A stretch of DNA of 64,000 nucleotides from Isurus oxyrinchus (lineage: Eukaryota), in assembly GCA_026770705.1 (NCBI GenBank), contig JANJGN010000021.1, forward strand, positions 97,960,001 to 98,024,000, given 5' to 3'. The notes under the pieces were generated by a model. The model searched no databases, was not told the DNA's origin, and was given only the letters and a program-made list of their open reading frames with translations. The translations under genes were made by a program, and so were the position numbers. Numbering within the stretch: position 1 is the stretch's first letter; every line of letters starts with the position of its first letter. Below are positions 38,691 to 51,705 of this stretch, piece after piece.

Positions 38691-38752
38691 CCAATCAGAG
38701 GAACAGGATGAGCTGCAAGACCAGTTGATGGGAGATGAACAGAACGGGGTCT
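38691..38752 (-). promoter_or_regulatory. SXY-like MHC promoter module
   Basis: Y box CTGATTGG (38691-38698), 20-bp spacer, X1-like CCCATCAACTGGTC (38719-38732), S-like AGACCCC (38746-38752). Confidence 0.55.
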
Positions 38753-38974
38753 GGCGATTCGACAAGAAACAACACGAACTTTTATCTCCGTAGCTCTTTC
38801 GAGTATTAAACTTTCCAAAGCGCTTCACAGGAGCAGGTTAAAATATAATGTGAAACCCTAACATTTACGCAGACAGTGAACAGCCTGGTTAAAAAGATAA
38901 GTTTTAATATGTGCCTTAAAAAAAAGTGATAATCGGAGAGCCTTCGCAGATTCCAAGGCTCCAGGCTTTTAGTA

Positions 38975-40845
38975 ATTTTTCATTGCCCATCCCTAATTGC
39001 TCTTCAGAAGGTGGTGGTGAGGTGAATTCTTGAACCACTACAGAAAATATGCTCTAGGTATACCCACAGTGTTCCTCAGAAGTGAGTTCCAGGATTTTGA
39101 CTCAGTGGCAGTGAATGAATGATGATGTAGTTCGAAATCAGTATGGTGTGCGACTAAGAGGGAAACTTCGAGGGGCAGTGCTCCCACGCGTCTGCTGCCC
39201 TTGTCCTTCTAGGTAATCGAGGTCACTGGTTTAGAAGATCCTGTTGAAGGAGATTTCATGAGATTCTGCAATGCATCTTATGGATGGCACACAATGCTGC
39301 CACTGTTCATCAGTGATGGATGGATTGAGTTTTTTAAGTGGTGGATTGGGTGCCAATCAAGCGAGCTGCTCTTTTCTGGAACTTTTTGACTGCTGTTGGA
39401 GCTGCACAAAGCCAGGAAAGTCCAGAGTATTCTATCAGACTGCTGACTTGTACCCTGTAGATGGTGGGCTAGCTTTGGGGAGTCAGGAGAGAAGTAATTT
39501 GCCAGCAACTGACCTGCTCTTCAAGCCACAATATTTTTATGGCTGCTCCATTTCAGTTTCTGGTTAATGGTGACACCCAGGATTTTTTTAGTTGGGGATT
39601 CAGCAAAGATAATGCCACTGAATGTCAAGGTAAGATGGTAACATTCTCTCTTATTGGAGATGGTCATTTCCTGGCAATGTGTGGCATGCATGTTATTTGC
39701 CACTTATCAATCTAAGACAGGCAGACATCCTGGTCTTGCTCCATAAGTACCCAACCTGCTTCAGTATCTGAGGGGTCATGAATGATGCTCAGCATTGTGC
39801 AATCATCAGCAAACATCTCCACCTCTGACTTTATGTTGGAGAGAGGTCATTGATGAGGACAAAGATAAAAGCAAAATACTGCGGACGCTGGAAATCTGAA
39901 ATAAAAACAGAACATGCTGGAAAAATGCAGCAGTCTAGCAGCATCTGTGGTGAGAGAAACAGAGTTAACGTTTTGACTCTGTATGACTCTTTTTCAGAGC
40001 TGATGAAGACTGTTGGGCATAGGATGCTACCCTGAGGAACTCCTGCAACAATATCCTGGGATGAGATGATTGACCTCCAACAACCTCAATCATCTTCCTT
40101 TGTGTTAGGTGTGAATGCAACCAGGGAAGGGGTTTCTTCTGATTCCCAGGTTCTAGTTTTGCTGGGACTCCTTGATGCCACACTTAGTCAAATGTTGTTT
40201 TGATGTCAAGGGCAGTCACCCTCACCTTGCCTCTTGAGTTCAGTTCTTTTGTCCATGTTTGGATCAAAACTGAAATGAGATCAACAACTGTGTGGTCCTG
40301 GCAAATCCCAAACTGTGAGTCAGTTACTGCTAAGTAAGTGTCGCTTGATAGTACTGTTGACAACATCTCCCATCACTTTTCTGAAGATCAAGAGTAGACT
40401 CATGGGGTGGTAATTGGCTGGGTTGGGTTTGTCCTACTTTTTGTGGACAGAGCATGCCTGGGCAATTTTCTACTGTGTTGGGGTAGATGCCAATGTTGTA
40501 GCTGTACTGGAACAACTTGGCTAGGGGTATGGCTAGTTCTGTAGCATAACTCTTTAGTACTATAGCTGGAAAGTTTTCAGGGTCCATAGACTTTGCAGTA
40601 TCCGGTGCCTTCAGTCATTTCATGATATCACATGGAGTGAATCCAATTGGCTGAATGCTGGCACCTGTGATACTGGGGACCTCAGAAGGAGATTTAGATA
40701 GATCATCCACCCTCTGGTGAAGATGGTTACAAATGCTTCACCCTAGTCTGTGCAATGATGTGCTGGTCTCTCTAGCCATTGAGGATGGAAATATTTGTGG
40801 GGCCTTTTCCTCTAGTTAGTTGTTTAATTGTCCACCACCATTCAC
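38975..40845 (-). mobile_element. CR1/L2-group LINE (family B) with a nested Penelope-derived short element at 39861-40000
   Basis: VRVTALDIKTTFD and ELAIPLAKLFQYSY. The nested piece is flanked by TGATGAGGAC / TGATGAAGAC. Confidence 0.88.
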
Positions 40846-40959
40846 AATTGACTGTACATTTCAGTACATAACAGAAGTTGAGAGTTATCAAGCATTGCAC
40901 GATGATCCCGGAATAATGCACCATTTCAGCTGCCGAGAGCAAGGCCTGATAGTGCTTTA

Positions 40960-42110
40960 AATAATCCAAACAGAACTGGCAGTAGATGGCTAAACAGTAT
41001 CCATTCAAGACTGTGTCCCTGAAGTTAAGGAACAGAGGTGACTATCATATTGGAGGGCCAGAGGAAGGAATAACCTTGTGAGAGAAAGTAATGGTTTTCA
41101 TGGAGGCAAGGGAAGTTAGAGGTGAGGGTCTGATTGAATAGCTCAGTAGCTGCAAAAATATTACGGCGAATGGAGAGCCAAAGGATAGACCATTAGAAAT
41201 TTGAAAAGTGACTTTTCTTTTTAAATGACTTGGGAAATAACTTTTCTTCTCCCCGGGGTGGACACTAAGAAGTAGGGTTTGGAGTGGGTAGTGGGATCCT
41301 GTGGGGGAGCAATGAAAGGAGGGAAGAAAGGAGTGGAGTACAGCCCATGTTGTACCATTGTTTAAAGGTGAGAAAGTGATAGACCAAGTAATTACAGTCT
41401 GGTCAGCCTAATCTCAGTGGTGGGGAAATAATTAAAACTCTGATGGACAGTAGCGATCACAATTTAGAACTACAAAGGTTAATCAAAGACAGTCAGTATG
41501 GATTTGCTAAAGGATGGCTGTATCTTCCTAACACAATTGTAGTTTTTGAGGAGGTAATAAAGAGGGTTGAAACAATAGTGCATCTGATGTAGTCTACATG
41601 GGTTTTAGCAAGGCTTTTGTTAAAGTCTCATATGACAAACTGATCATGGAAGTCAAAGCCCATGGGATGCAAGGCAAAGTGACAAGCTGGATTGAAAATT
41701 GGCTCAGAAGTAGAATGCAAGGTGGAATGTTCAATTAAGTTTTTGTATCTGTTTCCAGTGTGGTGCTGGAGGGCTGAATACTAGGTTCCTTACTTTTGTG
41801 ATATTGATCAATGATTAGGACTTGACTGTAGGCGGTATGATTAAGGCATTTCCAGACAATTAGGAGAAGTTACCGTGTAGTTGATAATGAAGAAGAGACT
41901 AGTAGACTGCATGTATTAAGAAGGGACTCATCAAGTGGGTAAAACAGTGGCAATTGGAATTCAATATGGTGAGGTTTGAGTTAATTTATTTGAGGAAAGC
42001 TAACAATACAAGGGAATACACAATAAAGGTAGGATCTGAGAAATGTAGAGGAACAGAGAAACCTTAGAATGCAAGACCACAGATCTCTGACAGTGGCTGC
42101 ACAGGGAAGA
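40960..42110 (+). mobile_element. Decayed CR1 RT fragment
   Basis: GATGTAGTCTACATGGGTTTTAGCAAGGCTTTT (DVVYMDFSKAF-like) and downstream CR1 motifs. Confidence 0.8.
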
Positions 42111-43339
42111 CATAGAAAAGTAGCCATTATTACCAAGACATTTTTATGATTTATGTAGAGACCAATAACATTTAAAAAAATCCCCAAATGACCCCAATGG
42201 AAATCAAAACAATGCGCATAATTTCACTTTTTACTATTTTTACTGTAACATTCAAACCCAAATCAACATAAAATTATCATGCATTAATAGAAAAACATGA
42301 TACTTCTGTAGGAAAAATGAATTTCAGCTTGAGTACTCAATCCAACAAAAATATTCTCCCAAGCGTTTTTTAGAATCAGCCCCAGCACATATGTTTAGTC
42401 CCAATGTTCTTTAAACGTTGCTTCCTTTACATAAGGCCATTCACTTTTCCAGCTCATTTGATTCAGTCATCGAGTCACTTGGAACAGAAGCTCCATTTCA
42501 CCCAAGTTCCCTCGAGATGGTCATCAGTAAAACAGTGCAAAACTCCTTGCAAAAACTCCTTAACTAATTTCATCACAGCCTGATGACAGATTCCCCAGAG
42601 CTGCTTTATCAACATCCCTGGTTAAACGGTCCGGTCAGCTCTCGAAAACTGAAGCTGTAGCATTAGAATTGTCTGATTCACAATCCATGCCACAACTGTG
42701 TTTTCAGCATTCTGTCCTTTTAAACATTACATATAGAGTTCATTCTAAGTGTGCCTTCTCTATTCTCCCCCTTCTGAAGAACTGAACATACCAAGAGCTC
42801 TGTGTGTTCTCTGCAGTACAACAGGCTTCTATTTTCTTTTGTAGTTACCTAGCTATCTTTCACAAAGCAACCTTAAATCAGTTGGTTACTTTTCAAAAAT
42901 TACCTCAAAGCAAATAAATCTTATTTTTAGTTCTTTCATGGGATGTGGGTGTCACTGGTAAGGCCAGCATTCATTGCCCACCCCTAATTTATCTTGAGCT
43001 GAGTGGCTTGCTAAGCTATTTGAGGACAGTTTAGAGTAAAGAACAATTACACCGTCTTTTCCAGAATTGTCTTAGTTTCACCCGACCAGGGGAGGTTTTA
43101 AAAATACAGGCTTTTGCAAGCTGCAGGGTTCATCACAGCGTTGAAAAAAAGAACTGGATATGCTGGGACTGTGAGAAGATCTAATTTTGCAACAGTGGAA
43201 TATTGTGTGCAGTTGCAGTTCACCCCAAACCCCATCTAGTGTCCCCGCCACCATCCTTCAACCCCAACAAACACCCCCCAACCCAACAAACACCCCCCAC
43301 CTCCCCAACCCCCACACACAGGCATACATGTTTAAGAAA

Positions 43340-43805
43340 GTAGTGATTGAGCTGGAGAGTGTAGAGTTGATTTACAAGGATGTTGCCTGAGCTGGAGAAT
43401 TTTAGTAATGAGGAAAAATTGGAGATGCTAGGCTCATTTTCTTGAGTAAAAGGAGGCTGAGTAGAGATCTAATAGAATTGTATGAAATAATGAGGTGTCC
43501 AAATAAAGTGGATTAGAACACCCTATTAACTTTGGCTGCGGGGTCCACAACAAAGGCGCATAGGTTTATGGTAAGATTTCAGAGGTTTACAAAGCATTAA
43601 TAGGAATTTTGTTCACCCAGTGAGTGGTGGGATCTGGAAATCACTGCATGACAGGGTGCTGGAGGCAGAAACCATCATAACATTTAAAAACTACTTCAAT
43701 ATTTACTTGAAGTGCGATAATTTACAAGAATATCGATCAGCAGCTGATTAAGTGGGATTAATCTGGATGGCTACCTAATCGGCCTCCTTCCATGCTGTAA
43801 ATTTT
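43340..43805 (+). mobile_element. CR1 3' fragment
   Basis: Similar to the other CR1 3' ends in the window. Confidence 0.75.
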
Positions 43806-44029
43806 CATGAGCCCACGATTCTCCCTTTCCATCTCTTCTAAAAGTCACAATAGTCCTGGAATATTTAGTTTCCAAAGCTAAAATAATGGCTCAGTGATGG
43901 CTTTTAGATCAAACCCATTAAACCCTATCAACGCTACTAATTCACCTATTTTGACGTGAATGTTTTGCATTCAGATTACACTGGTCCGTAAAGACTATTT
44001 CTCACACCACCATCCTCCCTTACACCCTA

Positions 44030-45720
44030 TCACAGACCACAGAAAAGTTACAGCGCAGAAAGAGGCTATTCAGCCCATCGTGTCTGCACCAGCTGAAAAA
44101 AAACCTAGCCGCCCATTCTAATCCCACCTTCCAACACCTGGTGCATAGCCCTGCAGGTTACAAGCAGTTCAGGTGTAGATCCAGGTATCTTTTAAATGAG
44201 TTGAGGGTTTCTGCCTCAACCACCAATTCAGGAAGCAAATTCTAGACACCTACTGCCCTCTGGGTGAAAACGTTTTTCCTAATATCCCTTCAAATCCTTC
44301 TACCAATCACCTTAGATCTGTATCTCCTGGTAATTGACCTCTCTGCTACTGTCAACTGTACCAAGGCCCCTCATGATTTTGTACACGTCAATCAAGCCAC
44401 CCCTCAGCCTCCTCTAAGGAAAGCAACCCTAGCCTATCTAAACTTTCCTCATAGCTGCAATATTCCAGCTGTGGCATCAATCTTATAAATCTCTTCTGTA
44501 CTGTCCTTCCTGTAATGTGGTGACCAGAAGGGTACACAAAAGTCCAACTGTGGGCTAACCAGCATTTTATACTGCTCCAGAATTACATCCTTGCTTTTGT
44601 ATTCTATACCTTGTGCAATAAAGGAAAGCATTCCATACACCTTCTTTACCACCTTATTTACCTGTCTTGCCACCTTCAGGGACCTGTGGACAAGCACTCC
44701 AAGGAATCTCACTTCCGCTACCTCACTCAATGTCCTCCCGTTTTCTGAGTTTTACCTTGCTTGTTTTGCCCTTCCAAAGTGCATTGCCTTAACACTTCTT
44801 CATACTGAATTCCACTTGCCACTTTTCCACCCACTCAACCAAACCATTGATATAATTCTGGAAACAACAGCTATCCTCTTCAGTATCAACGGCATGGCTG
44901 ATTTTTATGTCGTCTGCAAAGTTCCCAATCAGGCCTCCCATGTTTAAGTCCAAATCATTAATATATACCGCAATCAGCAAGGGACCCAACAGTGAGCCCT
45001 GTGCAATGCCACTGGAAACCACTTTCGATTTCCTAAAACATCTGTTGATCATTACCCTTTGTTTCCTGTCACTGAGCCAATTTTTGATCCAACTCTACCA
45101 CATTCCCCTGTATCCCATGGGCTTTTACTTTGCTGATAAGTCTGCCATGTGGAACCTTGTCAAATGACTTAGTAAAATCCATGTGGACCACATCCACTAC
45201 GCTACTCTCATCAATCCTTCTTGTTACTAACAATTTTGTTCTAAGAAAGTAAGACACAACTTTCCCTTAACAAAATCATGCTGACTGTCCTTGATTAATC
45301 TGTGCCTAAATGACAGTTTATCCTGTTTCTCAGAATTGATTCGAATCACTTGCCCACTGCCGTAGTGAGAGTGACCAGCCTATAATTATTTGGCCTATCC
45401 CTTGCACTCTTTTTAAACAATGGTACAACATTCAAAGATCTCTAATCCTCTGCTAATACACCTTGCATCTAAATATGTACCTTTTAACACTGCCAAGTTC
45501 CTGTGTTGTACACTTTTTAACCTTTGCTTCTTGTGTCTTGCAGGTTCACTCCTAATTTTCTGTCTTCTGCTCACTGCTCTAAATTTGTCCCACGTGAACC
45601 CACCCTTAGGTTCCCATTCCACTGCAAATCTAGTTTAAACCCTCCCCAACAACACTAGCAATTCTCCCTGCAAACACATTTGTCCCAGTCACGTTCAAGT
45701 GTAGGCCGTCTGGCTTATAA
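44030..45720 (-). mobile_element. CR1 LINE fragment(s)
   Basis: DVVHMDFTKSFDKVPHGRL, GIAQGSLLGPLL and NFADDIKI. Confidence 0.92.
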
Positions 45721-48434
45721 CAGACATTCCCTTCTTTCCTCCATGCCCATTTTCTATGCCTCTCAACTGCTTCAACCTTGTCACATGTCCAACTTCTGCC
45801 AGTCCTGACAAAAAATCAACAGCCTGAATCGTTTTCTGTTTTTCTCTCTCCAGAGATGCTGCCTAACCTGCCAAGGATTCCCAGCATTCCTGTTTTTATT
45901 TCAAATTTCCAGCATCTGTTGTATTTTCATTTTTTTTTTTTGGTAAGAGTGTCAAAGGGTATTATTTTTTTAGACGAACATATGAATATCTAAAATAGGG
46001 GTAGAAGTAGGGCATTTGTCCCTCAAGCCTGTTCTGCCATTCACAAAGATCATGACTGATCTGTTTGTGGGCCTCCAAAGGAATTCAACAAAATGTCGCT
46101 TAAGTGACTGTTAACAGAAGCATGAAAGAATGAAATTGGAGAAAATTGACCAGATTTTCACTACTGAGGCATATTGCTTGAGCATGGAAATTTCCTACAG
46201 ACCTGCCTTGGTATAAAGTGCCCCAAATAGTGCAATCTTCACTCAGTGGGTGCGGGGGGATTGGGGGGGCGGGGGGGGGGAGGTGAAATGGAGGTGTGGA
46301 TCAGAGGTGGACACAGGGGCGGCTCAGTGCTGAGGTGGGCTGGTTAAAAGCCCTGCCTCAGTTCTCTGGAACTTCATCCAGTTGTTTGTTTACATTTTAG
46401 GCCTCAACTGTCAAACCTCATCAGCCCCAACCCACTCCACATGCTACTCCATGCCAACTCATGCCCCCACCAACCCCCAATGGCCTCTTATACTCTCCAT
46501 ATGAAGGTATGAGGTGTGGGTTGGCTAAAAGAGATTGGGGAACTTCATTAAAAGGCATGATGGTGGATAGACAATGGCTAATATTTTAGGAACAAATGTA
46601 TGCATTGCAACAGTTACACATTCCTTTCTGGCATAAAAACACAACATGAAAAGCAGCCCAACCATGGCTAACAAAATAAATTAAGGATAGTATTAGGTCC
46701 AGAGAGGACTGTCCCATGCAGCATGATGTGTAACACTGTTTCAGGTGGTGGAGGGATATTACACCACAATAGTTCCAACTTTTATCAGAATAAAATGAAA
46801 TTCAGTTCTCCTACATTACAGGAGATCTCCTATGCTGCAGGAGGTATTCATTCTGAAGGGGACCCAACTGAAACCAAACCATTAATTCATCACTTTCAAA
46901 TGATGATTGATCTGCTATGTGTTAATGTTAGAATTGTGCTGCAATAGGGTACATGCTTTCAGCTGGTAATTAAAAGTAACTGCCCTCAGTTGGGGTAAGA
47001 TTAGGGAATCATTGCAAGAGTATAGAAAATAATTCACATTGGGTGTTGAGGGGAACAAGAGGAATTTGTGCTTTTACTTTATTGTCATGAAAATGAACCT
47101 GGCTTAAGGAAAAAGACAGGCTTCAGATTCATCCTTTCCTCAATATATGATTATTGAAATTAACACAGTATCATGCTGCATGGAACATCTTACATCCTTC
47201 CCATGGCCCCAATCATATTGAGCCAGAGGATCTTCTGTTTTACAACTGTGTGGTAAACATAGAAACATAGAAATTAGGCGCAGGATAAGGTCATTTGGCC
47301 CTTTGTGCCTGTTCCGCCATTCAGTCTGAACATGGCTGATCCTCTACCTCAATGCCATACTCCTGCACTGTGATTTCCTTTCATCCTTGTGTGTGATTTA
47401 TCTTTTTTTTTAAATGCCTGTTAAAACATATTCTTCTTGTAACAATAAAAATCCAGAGGTTTTTAAGTTGGTTAAAGTCAATACCCATTAAGCACACAGA
47501 AGTACTTAGCTGGTTCTGACTTTTTATGATAGCAATAAAAACAACAAAAAGCTCTTAAAAGGTTTATTTAAGAATTGCTTTTCTCTGAGACCAGGGATGG
47601 ACAAACTATACCCCAAAGTTCAAATCTGACCCATGGTCATGGGTTTTATGGTCCAAATACAAGAGTGCATGGCTCTGAACAAATGTCAATGTAACACCAG
47701 GCCTGGATATGGTGTAGAGTCCAGTTCTAGCCCTGCCCTCCTCTGCTAAAACTGCTTATTTTCAAGATTGATCCTGAAATAGCAAAGATGACTAAAGCTT
47801 CTTTTTTCCAAGTCTCTATCACCTGACCACAAACATGGGCAAGCAGCTTACGGATTTTTTTGTCACTCAGCCTGAGACAATTCATACAGCTGCATTCTCC
47901 TCTTTTCCACAAGGAAAAACACGCCCGGATGTTCCCTGCTCCCAAGTTCTGACTTTTGTCTTTGCACCAGCAGTTAAGATTCCTGTGAACTCTGACATCT
48001 ATTAAATGAGGTCTTAAGCCAATTTGTACTAACCAGGCATTAAAAAAGCCAACTCAGAACTTTCACACAAACATTTTAACAGTCATTTTAAGCTGGAAAC
48101 TCAAACCTGCTATTTCACTTGGTCAGGAACAGATCACAGTCATACACCGATCTTTGATTTGAAAGCACATTTTCAGCATTCATTGTTGTTCTTCCCATCT
48201 CAAAACACAGTTCTGTTCTGTGTCAAGGAGCTCTGAACCATGGAAGAGCTTAGTTGGGTCACGTGTCTTACATGCTTCAGGATTAACTGGCATAGGGACT
48301 TACCTGTCAGTGAAGAGAGACAAAAAAAGTCCAAAGTGGCAAGATAGTTTTGGTATCATCTTTGTAAATGTTGGCTGTACCCTCTCCCATGCCTCTATAT
48401 TATTTTCTATAATATAGTGACCAGAACTGCAGAC

Positions 48435-49340
48435 CGGATCCTATTGTATTGTAATATCCTAGGATACACCAGGACTGTCACATTGTAATATCCCAGGACA
48501 GGTTGGGTCTTGTTGTACCGTAATTTCCCAGTGCATAAGTCATTTTGTGCTGTAATATCCCAGGATACACCCACCGTGTCAAAATGCAATACCTTGGGAT
48601 ACACCACAGTGGCAGCATTCCATTTTAAAAGGTGATGGTTTGTGCTGTGGTGATCAATTCTGTGTTAAGCATTGCCTGGTGTGGCTCAGGAGCCCAAGGC
48701 TAGCATGGTAGGCTCTGCCACATTTGCTGCAGGGGAAGACAGAGGCAAGTGAGAATATGCAGGATTCGTGATGCACTGTTTTCTCTGGGTGCTCTTCTAG
48801 GCTAGATGAGCTCTTTGTTTCTGCTCATCTTTTCTAATGCCCTTCCAAATTCAGTCTTCAGAGGTCATGGCCATCAATGCCTCTCTCCCAGTTGTTAGTG
48901 TCAATGTCTGCTATCTGAATATCTCACTTACAGGTTTACTTATAGCAGAGGTATGGGCGCCCAGGAGATCATGAGCCAGTGCCATATAGAACATCTTTGG
49001 TCATATAGCCGTCATCTATCCATTGAACGTGGCTGAGCCAGCAGTGACTTCGATAGCTTGGCAACAAGTGTACGTTGATGGAAGTAGCAGGCTCCAGGAC
49101 CCAATGAGTTGGTGATCTTGTCCTGACTTGAGATGAGAAGAATATTTCTGAGACAGCGAAGGTGAAAATTGTTTAGCCTTTCTCCTGCCTAGCACATGTT
49201 ATCCTCATCTCACCAGTGTAGAATGCGCTGAAGATGCAAGCTAGCTGGAATTGCAGTTTTGTGTTCTCAGTCAGCCTGCTGTTGTTCCACATTCTGTCAC
49301 TATGTGAGGCATCACAACTGAAGCTTTTGCGATGAACGTC
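48435..49340 (-). mobile_element. Short 35-bp array joined to an RTE 3' fragment; same junction as at ~27998
   Basis: GATACACCACAGTGGCAGCATTC vs GATACACCAAAGTGGCAGCATTC; colinear RTE sequence follows and lacks the Penelope insert. Confidence 0.85.
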
Positions 49341-49788
49341 CCCATCTTAAATAGAGGAATTACATTAGATATCCACCAGTACTCTGGTGCTACACTTTTT
49401 TTGAACAAATTATTAAATAAGTGTAGAAAAGCTTCTGCATTCTCCTCTCTAGATTCTTTTAAAGTACATGGGTGAAATCCATCTGGACGGGGCTTTATAC
49501 CCTGTTGAGTTTGTTCAGCTTTTTCACTACATCACTTTTTAAAAAAGATTAAATGCACTTGTCTCATTGCTCGACTCACCATTCAGCCTTATGTCTATCT
49601 GTTCTATCTCCCTAGTAAATACCTGAGCTAAATAACAATAATGTTTCAGCTGTCTCTATTATTATCTGTGGCATTTTTCTGTCTATCATTGATGGTCCTA
49701 TCTCGATCACAGCCATCCTTTTTTATCGATGTGGCTGTAATGTATTTTACATTTTTGATTTACATTCCTTAATAATTTAATTTGACAG

Positions 49789-50583
49789 TCACTTGTGAAC
49801 TCGCTGGTGTTTCAACAGGTTAGATGAGACAGTGAATCCTTTCCCACACATGGAACAGGTGAATGGCCTCTCCTCAGTGTGAATTCGTTGGTGTTTCAAC
49901 AGGTTGGATGAACAAGTGAATCCCTTCGCACATACAGAGCAGGTGAATGGCCTCTCCCCAGTGTGCACTCGCTGATGTTTCAACAGGTTAGATGAACAAG
50001 TGAATCCCTTCCCACACACAGAGCAGCTGAATGGTCTCTCCCCAGTGTGAGTGCGTTGGTGTACAGTGAGGTCAGATGATCGTCTGAACCCAGTCTCACA
50101 GTAGGAACACCTGAATGGTCTCTCGTCGGTGTGTATACGTTGGTGGCATGTCAGTTCCCAGGAACTTTTATAACAATTCCCACAGTCTAGACATTTAAAA
50201 GGTCTCTCGATAGTATGAACTCGCTGGTGCTTCAGCAGGGCAGCAAAGTGAGTGCATCCCTTACCACACACGGAACAGGTGAACAGTCTCTCTCCGGTGT
50301 GCTTGCGCTGATGAATTTCCAGCTCAAATGGGTAGCTGAATCCCTTCCCACAATCCCCACATTTACATGGTTTCTCACTGGTGTGACTGTGCTTGTGTCT
50401 CGACAGACCAGATGATTGGCTGAAGCCTCGCCCACAGATAGAACACGTGAATGGCTTCTCCCCATCATGAATGGTGCTTTTTGCTTCCATGTTTGGAGGC
50501 TGAAGATAGTCAGGCCCCGATGAAACAAGTGACTCTGTCTGATCTTGATGTGAGCTAAGTTTCCAGTGTGCTGAGCCTTCCAT
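49789..50583 (-). CDS. C2H2 zinc-finger protein, 8 tandem fingers, no KRAB/SCAN/BTB visible; alternative start at ATG 50490
   Basis: Intact 264-aa ORF with eight CxxC-x12-HxxxH units and TGE(K/R)PF-type linkers. Acceptor TTTTACAG just upstream (exon starts 50591). Confidence 0.93.
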   Translation of the reverse strand: MEGSAHWKLSSHQDQTESLVSSGPDYLQPPNMEAKSTIHDGEKPFTCSICGRGFSQSSGLSRHKHSHTSEKPCKCGDCGKGFSYPFELEIHQRKHTGERLFTCSVCGKGCTHFAALLKHQRVHTIERPFKCLDCGNCYKSSWELTCHQRIHTDERPFRCSYCETGFRRSSDLTVHQRTHTGERPFSCSVCGKGFTCSSNLLKHQRVHTGERPFTCSVCAKGFTCSSNLLKHQRIHTEERPFTCSMCGKGFTVSSNLLKHQRVHK

Positions 50584-50794
50584 TCTGACAGCTGTAAAAT
50601 TAATTTAAAACATGAAGTAAAATTAATTTAAAACATAAAAACGGGGTCATGAGAAAAGATGCACAAAAATGCAGGCAGGTTGTAAAATTCAGCTAATCTG
50701 GAATCTGGGGCAGATACAAAAGTGACCATAAAAGCTTCTGGAAGGCTGTAAAAAATCAAATGGTTTTCTAAGTTCCTTCAGGGAAGGAAGAAGG

Positions 50795-51705
50795 ACCGAA
50801 CATATGGTTGCTAAATTTGCTGATGCCACAAAGATAGATAGGAAGTAAGACATGAAGTGGACATAAGGAGGCTACAAAGGGATATAGATAGGTTAGCTGA
50901 GTGGGCAAAGATCTGGCAAATGGAGTATAATGTAGGAAAATGTTACATTTTTCATTTTGGCAGGAAAAAAAAACATTATCTCAATGGTAAAAGATTCCAG
51001 GGCTCTTAGATGCACAGGGATCTAGCTGTCCCAGTGCATTATTTGCAAAAGGCAAGTATGTAGGTACATCAAATAATGAAGAAATCTAATAGAATGTTAT
51101 TGTTTATTGTGAGGACAATTGAATACAAAAGGATATGCTTCAGTTATACAGTGCATTGATGAGACCACATGTGTACATTATTGGTTTCTTTATTTAAGGA
51201 AGGATGTAAATGCACTGGAAGCACTTCATAGAAGGTTTATTGGATCAATACCTGCAGTGGGTGGGTTGGCTTATGTGGAAAGGTTGGGCAGGCTGGGCCT
51301 GTATCTGTTGGAGTTTAGAAGTGTAAGAGGCGACTTGACTGAAACATATAATATCCTGAGGGGTCTTGGCAAGGTGGATCTGGAGAGTACCTTTCCTCTT
51401 GTAGGAGAATCTAGAACTCGTGTTACTGTTTCAAAATAAAGGGTCACCCATTTAAGACAGAAATGTGGAGAATTTTGCTTACCCTGTCAGTGATTTGTGA
51501 GTCTTTTCAACTCTTCCTCAAAAGGGAGCGGAAGCAGAATCTTTGAATATTTTTAAGGTAGACAGATTCTTGATAAGCAAGGTGAAGAAGGTTATTCAGG
51601 GGAAGCAAGAATGTGGAATTGAGGTTACTATTACATCAGCCACAATCATATTGAATGGTAGAACAGGCTTAATGGGACAAGTGGTCTACTCCTGCTCCTA
51701 ATTTG
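50795..51705 (+). mobile_element. CR1 3' fragment
   Basis: KFADATK and LGLYLLEFRSVRGDLTETYNIL. Confidence 0.9.

Noticed and set aside
42150-42900. Possible minus-strand LTR fragments here and at 47400-48200
   Set aside because: Composition is suggestive, but no termini or matching partner could be identified.
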